Shown here: piece after piece, positions 55,178 through 64,000 of the stretch
How positions within the stretch are numbered: position 1 is the first letter of the stretch
Layout: each line of letters starts with the position of its first letter
Assembly (NCBI GenBank): GCA_046482545.1
Contig: JAWOEX010000019.1
Coordinates: forward strand, 1 to 64,000
DNA: 64,000 nucleotides
Origin: Candidatus Thorarchaeota archaeon
GTDB taxonomy: Archaea; Asgardarchaeota; Thorarchaeia; Thorarchaeales; Thorarchaeaceae
Reading direction: 5' to 3'
Translations under genes and position numbers: made by a program
Notes under the pieces: model-generated
Databases searched by the model: none
What the model was told of the DNA's origin: nothing
The model's input: the letters and a program-made list of their open reading frames with translations, nothing else

Positions 55178-57745
55178 TTGGTTCTGCGAGCAACCAAGCA
55201 GGAGTGGACACTCCGTGTAGAAATATTTTCAGATGTGCTCAGAGATAGGCAACTTGCTTCTTTTTCGGGAAGGATAGAATTTGGGCATAAGCAATCGGGA
55301 CTACTAGAAATACGCAAGTCTTGGTTCGTGAAATACAACAAGCCGGTATACATTCGACCCAAGAACTTTCGGGATATTCTTCGAAAAGCTGAGCATATTA
55401 TTATTCCGCGCCAACAACAGCCTTCCTTTGTTTCTGAACTTGGGGGCTACCTTGAGCGGATAGAAGCACCTGCTCTAAAAACGCTGCCCGTTTGTGAAAG
55501 CTGTCTACGTGAAAAACGCCTTACAGTTTTGTCGAGACGGAATGCTGTGAAGACATCGTCTGAACAAGTCATGTGTTTGGCATGTGCAGGAAGGGAGTTG
55601 AAGCTCGATATCAGCAGCCTTGGGATTGACCTGTCAAAGGGGATGGAACAGTATCTCTTGAATCGCTTGGGAAAAACGAAATCGGTTCCAGACATAATGA
55701 GACTGATGTCTCCTGGTTTCGATCCAGCCAGTGATCCGAGTCTGACCAAGGTTGATGAATTGGAAGCTGGAGAAGTAGTTGAAGGAAGAGCGATTGACGA
55801 GCTACCGATTCCGGACGAGCTCAAAGCCGTATTGAAGAAGCAAGGATTGAACAATCTTCTACCTGTCCAAGAAATCGCAGTCAGGGCTGGTCTGTTTGAA
55901 GACGAAGACATGATGATTGTATCTTCCACCTCGTCGGGCAAGACTCTTATTGGGGAACTTGCAGGAATTCCAAAAGCTCTTACAGGAAAGAAGCTACTTT
56001 ACCTTTCTCCCCTCGTTGCACTCACAAACGAAAAATATGAGCGATTCAAACACAGGTATCGCCAACTTGGCTTGCGAGTAGGCATACGAGTAGGCATGTC
56101 CAGAATCGAAGTTGGAGATGAGGGGAAGATTATAGTTGATACTGATATATCAAGATCAGACGTCATCTCTGCAACCTACGAAGCCTTAGACTTGATTTTT
56201 CGTTCTGGGAAAGCAGAAGAGCTAGGTGATATTGGTACAATCATCATAGACGAGATACAAAATCTTGCCGAACCGGAGCGCGGGCCAGAGCTTGATGGTC
56301 TCTTAAATCGTCTAGAGATGTATGCCCCCAAAGCCCAGAAATTAGCCCTTTCAGCAACTGTAGGAGCACCGTCGTCACTCGCAGATGAGCTTAGACTGAA
56401 GTTAGTAGAGTACACCGGCCGGCCAGTTCCTTTGGAAAGACATCTTGTGTTCGCAAGGGATGATAAAGACAAATGGCGAATCGTGAGAAGGCTTGTCAGC
56501 AGCGAATTCAGGACTACCAGTAGCGCAGGCAAGAAAGGACAATCAATTGTGTTCACATTCTCCCGCAAAAGGTGTCATAGGATATCCGATTGGCTTAATG
56601 AGCATGGGGTTTCTTCAGCAGTATATCACGGCGGGCTATCCTACTACGAACGACGGCGAATCGAGAAATCATACACCAAGCAGCGCTATGCATGTGTTGT
56701 GACAACAGCGGCACTTGGTGCGGGGGTAGACTTACCTGCGTCTCAGGTGATTTTCGAATCTCTAGCTATGGGAGCTAGATGGCTATCGACTGCTGATTTT
56801 GAACAGATGCTGGGAAGGGCTGGCAGGCTTGGCAAACACGATAGAGGAAAGGTGTACTTGGTAGTGCAGCCGGAACGCAAGTACCACGGGGGCCAGGAGC
56901 TAACAGAGGATGAAATTGCATCGGATTTGTTTCGGGGAGAAATAGAGGAAGTAGAACCTTTTGCCAATATGGAGCGGAGCGCTGAGCAGATTCTTGCAAC
57001 GATTTGTTCTTCAGGGGGTATGGAACTGAAGACCGCGGCGAAGCACTACAGCCAGCTTCTTTCTGCGTCAGTTCCCCCGTCCGATGCTCTCAAGCATCTA
57101 GTAAAGAAGCGCATGATACGTGTGAGTGAAGGGAAAGCGATTCCGACCGACTTGGGAATGGCAACTTCTGTGTCCTTCTTAACCCCGAGCGAAGGGATAG
57201 AAGTGCTAAGGATGTCCGAAAGGATGGAACCCTTGGAAATTGCTGTATCGTTGGAACCTTTCGAAAACATCTATTTCAGCAAGAAGGTACAGAAGGAGAT
57301 TAATTCAGCTTTTAGAACTCATATGCCCACGAGATTCTTTTCAGGCGTCTTTCTCGACATCAGCGATGTTGGCGCAGAACATGGTGGTGCAAGTCGCCTT
57401 TCGCGATGGATGTTTGAACTGTTCGGACGATGGACTAGAGATTTCTTCAAGTGCAAGTGTCCTGACGCTCCAGAATGTGGCCATCCCAAGATAGAATTTG
57501 GCAAGTGGGTTGTAGAAAAAAGGAAGAAGGGGCTGAACCCCTCAGATATTACGCGAAAGCTTCTGAAAGAATATGAGTTATGGGTCTATCCTGGCGATAT
57601 GCTTTCTTGGCTTGATACAGTAATTCATAATCTGAAAGCCGTACAGCGTATTTCCAAGGTCGCTGGTAAGACAGACTTGGAGTCTGCCATCCAAGATCAA
57701 ATTGCTCGGATAGAACAGCCCTTGGAAGAGGATGACACCAGCTAG
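55178..57745 (+). CDS. Archaeal SF2 DEAD/DEAH-box helicase (DUF5814/COG1202-like)
   Basis: SSTSSGKT, IDEIQ, LSAT, QMLGRAGR, N- and C-terminal Cys clusters. Confidence 0.88.
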   Translation: MVLRATKQEWTLRVEIFSDVLRDRQLASFSGRIEFGHKQSGLLEIRKSWFVKYNKPVYIRPKNFRDILRKAEHIIIPRQQQPSFVSELGGYLERIEAPALKTLPVCESCLREKRLTVLSRRNAVKTSSEQVMCLACAGRELKLDISSLGIDLSKGMEQYLLNRLGKTKSVPDIMRLMSPGFDPASDPSLTKVDELEAGEVVEGRAIDELPIPDELKAVLKKQGLNNLLPVQEIAVRAGLFEDEDMMIVSSTSSGKTLIGELAGIPKALTGKKLLYLSPLVALTNEKYERFKHRYRQLGLRVGIRVGMSRIEVGDEGKIIVDTDISRSDVISATYEALDLIFRSGKAEELGDIGTIIIDEIQNLAEPERGPELDGLLNRLEMYAPKAQKLALSATVGAPSSLADELRLKLVEYTGRPVPLERHLVFARDDKDKWRIVRRLVSSEFRTTSSAGKKGQSIVFTFSRKRCHRISDWLNEHGVSSAVYHGGLSYYERRRIEKSYTKQRYACVVTTAALGAGVDLPASQVIFESLAMGARWLSTADFEQMLGRAGRLGKHDRGKVYLVVQPERKYHGGQELTEDEIASDLFRGEIEEVEPFANMERSAEQILATICSSGGMELKTAAKHYSQLLSASVPPSDALKHLVKKRMIRVSEGKAIPTDLGMATSVSFLTPSEGIEVLRMSERMEPLEIAVSLEPFENIYFSKKVQKEINSAFRTHMPTRFFSGVFLDISDVGAEHGGASRLSRWMFELFGRWTRDFFKCKCPDAPECGHPKIEFGKWVVEKRKKGLNPSDITRKLLKEYELWVYPGDMLSWLDTVIHNLKAVQRISKVAGKTDLESAIQDQIARIEQPLEEDDTS

Positions 57746-57770
57746 CGTATCACGGATTGGCTAAATTGGT

Positions 57771-58016
57771 CTAATCCATGCATTCCATTGACACTCTAAG
57801 ATTCTGCATATCATTCTCGGTTAGGCTGTCGATATTCAGGTCAAGCCAGCGGTGGAGTTGCTTGCGGAGTTCCTCTTTCGCCGAAAGGTTGCTCATTACG
57901 TCTGTTGCATCCTGAGACACAAGCTGGAAGTGGGTGCTTCCACAACTGCATGCGCCATCCAGGACCATGTCGATGTCAGTTGATGTTTTCCCGCAGTTAC
58001 GACATTTGAAAATCAT
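57771..58016 (-). CDS. Small Zn-ribbon protein (DUF2072-like)
   Basis: CRNCG...GACSCG..F. Confidence 0.65.
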   Translation of the reverse strand: MIFKCRNCGKTSTDIDMVLDGACSCGSTHFQLVSQDATDVMSNLSAKEELRKQLHRWLDLNIDSLTENDMQNLRVSMECMD

Positions 58017-58192
58017 TGAAAATCCTCTACCATCATCTACCTCGTTATATCTATAGGGATTGGTAACGCCACGGTATTACTCACTAGGTATTACCCATCA
58101 AGTAATGAATAGCAGTTTTGAGGAGCTTCCAATGGAAGGGGGGCTAGATTTATTTGAATCAAAATAACCGATTGTAGACGGGGCTTATGTGA

Positions 58193-58498
58193 ATGCCCAA
58201 GTCTTGTTCACTCTGTAGCAAAAAGACAAGTCTTCGATGTGACCGTTGCGGAAATGAATTCTGCATTGACCATGCGGTGAAATGCCGTTCGTGCGGCATG
58301 ATAATATGCATCAGAGGCCTGCGCCATAGAATCAGCTGTCCTACCTGTGGAGAACCACTAGATATCTGTCCTGAGTGTCTAATCAACGGAAAGGTTGTCC
58401 GAACCATTCCTGGAACGAAAGTATGTGCCGAGTGTGGCTGGAATGGAGGAGAATCAAAAGAACATCAGCAAATACAACAGAATAGCCGCGATGGCTAA
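58193..58498 (+). CDS. Small multi-CxxC zinc-finger protein
   Basis: Six CxxC pairs plus CxxH (AN1/B-box-like start). Confidence 0.7.
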   Translation: MPKSCSLCSKKTSLRCDRCGNEFCIDHAVKCRSCGMIICIRGLRHRISCPTCGEPLDICPECLINGKVVRTIPGTKVCAECGWNGGESKEHQQIQQNSRDG

Positions 58499-58708
58499 TA
58501 TCACTGCTATTGTTTTACCCTTTTCTCCAAAGCCCCAGACAATTGGAATTGGGCCAAGGAGCAGGATCCCTTTGCTCTTGACTTCGCTTTCACTTTGCTG
58601 AGTTTTCGAACGCCAGATAAGTCCCAGAATCATTAGTGCAATTCCCGTTACGATAAGGGAAATCGCTATGAGATAGTAGTCAGGAGCAATTTGCATCATG
58701 ATACTCAC
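58454..58708 (-). CDS. DUF131/TIGR00304-like membrane protein
   Basis: GILLLGPIPIVWG motif. Confidence 0.8.
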   Translation of the reverse strand: MSIMMQIAPDYYLIAISLIVTGIALMILGLIWRSKTQQSESEVKSKGILLLGPIPIVWGFGEKGKTIAVILAIAAILLYLLMFF

Positions 58709-59292
58709 CTATCACTCTTGGCGGTGGTATCGAATCTCTCGCTTGGCAACTCAAATTCCATTCGTTCGTAGCCTCCAACTTCCTGTCCATCCAAGGCCCA
58801 GAGGACGATTTTGTCGTTATATATCTCATAATCAAGCAAAGTATCGACATCAACTACTTGAGTCCCTACTGGGAAGCGCCAAATAATCTCGAAATCATAG
58901 GGCGCTGTTTCTTCTTCAATCCATGTTTCAATTCGATTAAGCCCAGTCTCCAAGTGACCCGCAAAATCTATGAGATATACTACGCTGACGACTTCGGTAT
59001 CCCCCTTGGTGAAGATATCAACGTAATTTACGACTGACTTCACCTTCTGTCCGTTTATCTCCACTCTTTCTTTATCGAGGAAGTACTGCATATTTCCTCC
59101 AAGTTTCTCAGCTTCGCTTCTAAGCAAATCATCATCTCTAAGCACTCCTTTGTAGTAGCCTTCTGGATCATCGTACTCGTAGGTAAGCATCTCATGTACT
59201 TCTCCCGAGGTGGAGACAGAGAAGAAGGAAAAAGCATGAACTGGTCTTACCATTTCAGATCTTATTCTTTCCAATTCTTTCATTGCTACCAC
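58705..59292 (-). CDS. Hypothetical protein
   Basis: Operon-coupled 195-aa ORF. Confidence 0.75.
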   Translation of the reverse strand: MVAMKELERIRSEMVRPVHAFSFFSVSTSGEVHEMLTYEYDDPEGYYKGVLRDDDLLRSEAEKLGGNMQYFLDKERVEINGQKVKSVVNYVDIFTKGDTEVVSVVYLIDFAGHLETGLNRIETWIEEETAPYDFEIIWRFPVGTQVVDVDTLLDYEIYNDKIVLWALDGQEVGGYERMEFELPSERFDTTAKSDR

Positions 59293-60297
59293 CTATTCAA
59301 GCGGAACTGCTTCAACACCATTTTTGCTAAGGTGGTCCGCAAGAGTTTTTCCGTTTTCAGTAAAACAGTATGTAAGTCTAGGATTTACATTCTTGGCAAA
59401 GCGAATCAACCCAGGGAAATCTGTATGAGCACTGAGAGGAAATCCCTTCTCTCGGTATTTCCCAAGGGTCCAACCCGAAAGGGAAAGCACAGCCATCTTC
59501 TTACGTAATTCTCTGCCTACGTTGTGATCTATTCTTTTTCTCACATTGCCTAGCGTATACCGGACGGATGAGCTTACGACAACGCTCTCTCGCGTGAGTA
59601 GTTCCGGTGTCTTTTCGTCATTGAGTCTGAAATGCTGAAGCTTCTTTCCGTGCCTAGCATACATGTCGCAAACAGCATCTATGCTATAATTACCAGTGAT
59701 GACATCTATACCCGCCCTGTTAAGAAGCGCTATGGCTTCCTGCGCCTTACCGAGTGAATATGCTTTGAGGACAGGTATCTTTCCTTTTTCCTGTAATCTA
59801 TTCACCTCTAAGATGATATCGTCGTACACCCGTTCTCTATCCGGGAAAACCCAGGTTGGTTCGCCGTATGTTGCTTCTGTTACGAGAACATCAGCGTCGG
59901 TTGTATCTGCACCCACATGAACCAAGCTATCAACAGTATTGAAGTCCCCCGTGTATAGAATTGATGGTCCATTTCCAACTTCAATCTTGAACATACTTGA
60001 GCCAAGGACGTGGCCTGCGTTCAGAGCTGTGATTCTGAGTTGATCAATTGCATATGATTCACCATAGCCTATGGTCAATTTTCTTCCGCGAACAGTCCCT
60101 CCTCTTGCCTTTAGTGTATCGAATGTCCCAGCAGTAGCAACCACGAATCGCGCAGATTTGAGACCTCCGACATGGTCCATGTGCGAATGCGAGAGTAGCG
60201 TTGTTCCACCTTCGAAGCCTGTATCAAGTCCTAGCTTCCTTCTTCCATAGCGTAAGAGAAATCCATCCCCATGCTTTCTAACGCTGACGCTTGACAT
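59293..60297 (-). CDS. Metallo-beta-lactamase / beta-CASP-type nuclease
   Basis: SHSHMDH, AGHVLGS, YTGDF, EATYG, LGKAQE, LSAH. Confidence 0.88.
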   Translation of the reverse strand: MSSVSVRKHGDGFLLRYGRRKLGLDTGFEGGTTLLSHSHMDHVGGLKSARFVVATAGTFDTLKARGGTVRGRKLTIGYGESYAIDQLRITALNAGHVLGSSMFKIEVGNGPSILYTGDFNTVDSLVHVGADTTDADVLVTEATYGEPTWVFPDRERVYDDIILEVNRLQEKGKIPVLKAYSLGKAQEAIALLNRAGIDVITGNYSIDAVCDMYARHGKKLQHFRLNDEKTPELLTRESVVVSSSVRYTLGNVRKRIDHNVGRELRKKMAVLSLSGWTLGKYREKGFPLSAHTDFPGLIRFAKNVNPRLTYCFTENGKTLADHLSKNGVEAVPLE

Positions 60298-60353
60298 CCG
60301 TTGCCCTATCTCCTATCAGGTTGGACTTAAGAAAAGGATTTCCACATACCCTT

Positions 60354-61244
60354 TCATAGGATTTTGCGAAAGACTGTATATTCATTCACCTCTGGTTGAA
60401 CCCCCAAACTCCTTTTGATTGCTTCAACGAATTCCTTCTGTTCGGGTGGAATCATTGCTAATTCTAGATTTCTGAGTTCTCGTCTAGAGAGATATGCCAA
60501 GAAATCTTGAGCAAGTACATCGATGTTAATTTCATCCACTTTCCACTCTATTGGTCCAAGTATGATCCGTTCTTCTATACGCATGATTTGCCCAACTGCA
60601 ACAACTTCTGAATCTTGGGATAGGGCATGGACTGTTGTTACATCCGGTGATAGCGATATCATTGGTACAAAATGGGTGTGAATAAGATGTCGATCTTGCT
60701 TCGAACCCGGGTCAAATGTTCGGCCATGAGATCGACTTGTGGTGACTTCATATTCGCTGCTTTTGGAATCATTTTGTATTTCCAAACCGGGGAAGACGTA
60801 ATGATTTATTCCTGATGCAGTTTTGAAACCCAGCTGTTTCAAAGAGTTGTTCACCCATGACGGAATGCCGCTTCGCAGAGGAAATGGCAAAATATGTTCA
60901 CTTGCTTCAGGATTAACCAAAGCGGTTACAGACTCTATGGATTGGCTGCGAAACCATGGCAAAGAAGACTTGATAAGCTGAAAAAGAAGGTGCCCACGAA
61001 ATTCACGGTCCAGTCTTACAGATACAAGAGCTAGGTCATGCAGGAGATTGTTGTGGTATACAATGGTTCCTCCTACTCTCTGATCTGCTATTGATGAAAC
61101 ATAGCTAATTGATTTAGGAAGACGTAAGAACCAAGTTAAACGGGCATCATCTCCCGCCACCTTTGGATTGTCATGGGGTAAGCTAAGCCAGTCCGCCACT
61201 TCGGCTTGTCCTAGTCTCCTACATAGAACTGTTCTATCCTGCAT
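60354..61244 (-). CDS. Hypothetical protein (GNAT-like fold possible)
   Basis: Start trimmed to MQDRTV to avoid overlap with mer. Confidence 0.6.
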   Translation of the reverse strand: MQDRTVLCRRLGQAEVADWLSLPHDNPKVAGDDARLTWFLRLPKSISYVSSIADQRVGGTIVYHNNLLHDLALVSVRLDREFRGHLLFQLIKSSLPWFRSQSIESVTALVNPEASEHILPFPLRSGIPSWVNNSLKQLGFKTASGINHYVFPGLEIQNDSKSSEYEVTTSRSHGRTFDPGSKQDRHLIHTHFVPMISLSPDVTTVHALSQDSEVVAVGQIMRIEERIILGPIEWKVDEINIDVLAQDFLAYLSRRELRNLELAMIPPEQKEFVEAIKRSLGVQPEVNEYTVFRKIL

Positions 61245-61273
61245 TGCTTCTACCTCAAATGGAAGGAATCTCT

Positions 61274-62278
61274 TTAAGTAATCTGTGGGATGATTTCCTC
61301 TCCTATTCTTCCTATCGTTTCTTGTTTTTTTGTTCCTATTGGTGAACCGACGACGAACTGGTCGATTCCAACTTTTGCCAGCTCTCTTATTCGCGATATA
61401 CATTCGTCAGGAGACCCTACAACAGCAAATGACTCAATCATATCTCCGGTGACAGCTTTCGTGGCAGAGGCATAATCGCCCTTTTGCAGGTTGGTTTTGA
61501 TAGCCTTTTTCTTCCCAACATCTATTCCATGTCGTTCTAAAACCCGTTCTGAACTACCGGCTACAATATACGCTACAACAACTCTTGTTTCCAATGGTAT
61601 CTGCTCTTCTTCATTCAGCAGGCAAAAAGATGAATAACAAACAAATTTGAGAGATTCCGAATCGCGGTTGCCTTCTTGTAGAACTGCAGTTATTATTTTT
61701 CTAGCAGCTTCCACATCACGAGGATGACTGGCATTCAGTAAAATACCGTCTGCAATCATAGACGCGGTCTTCAGCATCTGAGGGCCTTGAGCACCCACAT
61801 AGATATCTATACCACCATCCCCGATTGTCTTGAGTTCAAGATTCAATCCTGCATTGTTGGTGGAAAATACAGAGCCTTCTTTGGTAACCCTTTCTCCACT
61901 AAGAAGATGTCTGATTATTTCTACTGCTTCCCTGATTGCCGTTACGGGTCTCCGTCTTGTAATGCCTATGGATTCAAGAGTAGATTTGTCACCTGCACCA
62001 AGACCTAAGATAGCTCTTTCTTGGCTCATTTCTTGAATAGTGGCAATCGATGATGAAATAGCACACGGATTCATTGTATAGGGGTTGGTCACACCAGGCC
62101 CCAGTAGTATATTACTAGTTCTCAAAGCGATAGCACTCAATATAGGCCACACTCCATGGTGGTTGTAGTGATCGGTAATCCATACGTTGCTGAATCCATT
62201 TTGCTCTGCTACTAGAGCCAGCTGAACTGCTTTGTCAGCTTGCTTGTCTGGTACGATTTCAAGCGCCATCTCTTCCAT
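61274..62278 (-). CDS. mer: F420-dependent methylenetetrahydromethanopterin reductase
   Basis: WITDHYN, LGPGVTNPY, GLGAGD, GAQGPQML, INASHP-like LNASHP, GSPIG. Confidence 0.88.
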   Translation of the reverse strand: MEEMALEIVPDKQADKAVQLALVAEQNGFSNVWITDHYNHHGVWPILSAIALRTSNILLGPGVTNPYTMNPCAISSSIATIQEMSQERAILGLGAGDKSTLESIGITRRRPVTAIREAVEIIRHLLSGERVTKEGSVFSTNNAGLNLELKTIGDGGIDIYVGAQGPQMLKTASMIADGILLNASHPRDVEAARKIITAVLQEGNRDSESLKFVCYSSFCLLNEEEQIPLETRVVVAYIVAGSSERVLERHGIDVGKKKAIKTNLQKGDYASATKAVTGDMIESFAVVGSPDECISRIRELAKVGIDQFVVGSPIGTKKQETIGRIGEEIIPQIT

Positions 62279-62444
62279 ATCAAGACCTCGTAGATAGTAG
62301 TGTGAGTTCCGTGCTGACCTCTACGCTCTTATCATGCTATATGTCCTTGGAATTCGTTAATCGATTTTTCATGTCTTTCATGCTCGTATAGTACTATCGA
62401 AGGATTTATGCTTCTGTGGAACGATTGATTATAGCAAGGAAAGG

Positions 62445-63443
62445 GTGTGTTTAGTGCAATCACTTGTCTTAACACAGGACGGGCTGCAACTTGCCGATGT
62501 TCCGAGCCCTCCGGTCATGCCGGGTGAAGTGAGGATTGAGGTTCGTGCCGTTGGCATTTGTGGGACTGACATCGAGATTTGGCGAGGGGACAAGGATGTT
62601 TCGTTGCCCTTGGTACTTGGCCACGAGATTAGTGGTGTTGTTCACAAGAGCTCGGTCGATGAAATTGAAAAGGGCACGATGGTGACAACTGAAGTTGATT
62701 TGTCTTGTGGTCGATGCTGGTACTGCAAGCATGATCTTACTCGTATGTGTTCAAAAAGGAAGACTCTAGGAATCGATGTAGATGGGGGCTTGGCTGAATA
62801 TGTAAGCGTGCCAGCATCGTTGATACACCCATTGCCAGAAGACGTAAGCATACAGAAAGGTATTTTTACGGAACCACTTGCATCAGCAATAGCGACTGTT
62901 AGAGCCACTGGTATTGAAGCCGAAGAACCTATAGCTATTATCGGTAGTGGACGATTAGGACTGTTGATTGCTCAAGTTTACGATGCATACGGTGCCGAAG
63001 TCTATCTCGTTGGTAGGAATAAATGGCAGCTTGGTCTTGCGAGGCGATTGGGACTCAGGAATACGTTGCTTACATCAGAGAACAATTGGAGAGAAACTAT
63101 CGCTGATGTAACTCAAGGGGCAGGACCTCGGGTTGTTGTGGAATGTACCGGAAATTCTCTTGGCCTCCAAATGGCTCTTGAGATAGTCCGAAGCCGCGGC
63201 ATGGTCGCTCTGAAAAGCTTGCATGGAAAGAAGGTAGGTATAGATACAGATCAAGTGGTGGCGAATGAATTGAAAATCGTTGGGTCAAGTCATGGGCCAT
63301 TTGATGAAGCACTTGATATGCTCCAAAAAGGGAGAATTGAGGTAAAGAGACTGATATCGAAAGAGTTTCCGCTGGAAGAGGGCGAAGAGGCATTTCGCTA
63401 TTCAAACAAGCCCGAGGCCACGAAGGTCATAGTGAGGATATGA
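62445..63443 (+). CDS. Zn-dependent alcohol dehydrogenase (MDR family)
   Basis: GICGTD, GHE, CGRCWYC..C, G.G.LG. Confidence 0.92.
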   Translation: MCLVQSLVLTQDGLQLADVPSPPVMPGEVRIEVRAVGICGTDIEIWRGDKDVSLPLVLGHEISGVVHKSSVDEIEKGTMVTTEVDLSCGRCWYCKHDLTRMCSKRKTLGIDVDGGLAEYVSVPASLIHPLPEDVSIQKGIFTEPLASAIATVRATGIEAEEPIAIIGSGRLGLLIAQVYDAYGAEVYLVGRNKWQLGLARRLGLRNTLLTSENNWRETIADVTQGAGPRVVVECTGNSLGLQMALEIVRSRGMVALKSLHGKKVGIDTDQVVANELKIVGSSHGPFDEALDMLQKGRIEVKRLISKEFPLEEGEEAFRYSNKPEATKVIVRI

Positions 63444-63451
63444 AATTCTAA

Positions 63452-64000
63452 ATGACGAGCTTATTTGACACTGATTTGCATCTCCATTCTTCTCATTCAA
63501 TCGGTGTGAGTCCGCGAATGTCAATTCCTAACATGGCACTCGCAGCCCAGAAAAAGGGTCTAAACATTCTAGGAACGGGCGATGTTACTCAACCGGATTG
63601 GAAGGAGCACTTGCAAAAGAATCTCACTTATGAATCTGGGGCCTTCAGACATGAACAAATCGCGTTTGTTCTAACCACTGAGCTCGAAGATGAGAACTCT
63701 GTACACCATCTTGTGCTCCTACCTGATTTTGATGCTGTAGATGAACTCGTTGGTCTTATTCAACCTCACACTCCAAATATTAATGATGAATGGACCGGTC
63801 GCCCCCGAGTCAATTCCAGTGCTGAAAGGCTGGCGGGAATTGTACGAGATGTTGGAGGAATGATTGGCCCTGCCCACGCCTTTACGCCTTTCCGGTCAAT
63901 CTTCAGACAAGGTCAGAATGAAAACCTTCGTGATTGCTACGGTGCTGAAAGTGATAACATCAAGTTCTTGGAGCTCGGGCTCTCTGCCGATACAGCTTTA
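63452..64000 (+). CDS. Endonuclease Q / TIGR00375 PHP-domain protein (partial, runs off the window)
   Basis: MTSLFDTDLHLHSSHS, GTGD, VHHL, GPAHAFTPF, ELGLSAD. Confidence 0.85.
   Translation, partial: MTSLFDTDLHLHSSHSIGVSPRMSIPNMALAAQKKGLNILGTGDVTQPDWKEHLQKNLTYESGAFRHEQIAFVLTTELEDENSVHHLVLLPDFDAVDELVGLIQPHTPNINDEWTGRPRVNSSAERLAGIVRDVGGMIGPAHAFTPFRSIFRQGQNENLRDCYGAESDNIKFLELGLSADTAL

Overview
Archaeal chromosomal window, most consistent with an Asgard archaeon (Thorarchaeota-like). This assignment is inferred from gene content: mer, EndoQ, RecJ/Cdc45-type DHH protein, archaeal GlyRS, plus OST5/TMEM258-, alpha-SNAP- and PRMT-like proteins. It holds about 55 ordinary CDS (oligopeptide ABC locus, two carbamoyltransferases, FprA, class II HMG-CoA reductase, purine salvage, helicases). 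No rRNA, tRNA, CRISPR array or transposase was seen. The main unexplained signal is a dispersed non-coding element present three times: 14856-15128 (-), 30324-30875 (+) and 48849-49429 (+). It folds into many helices that tolerate G-U pairs and show compensatory changes and GNRA/UNCG tetraloops. It carries repeated TTACA/TGTAA end motifs and is flanked by copy-specific, degenerate ~15-bp direct repeats. One copy splits an MFS transporter gene, whose frame is restored on removal, and another replaces the stop codon of a Nre-like gene. It therefore appears to be a mobile, protein-free, structured-RNA element with long and short forms. Also notable are two unannotated hyperacidic Trp-rich micro-ORFs flanking a very basic Cas2/PaaX-fold-like protein. 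All protein calls are by motif recognition by eye, not database searches.
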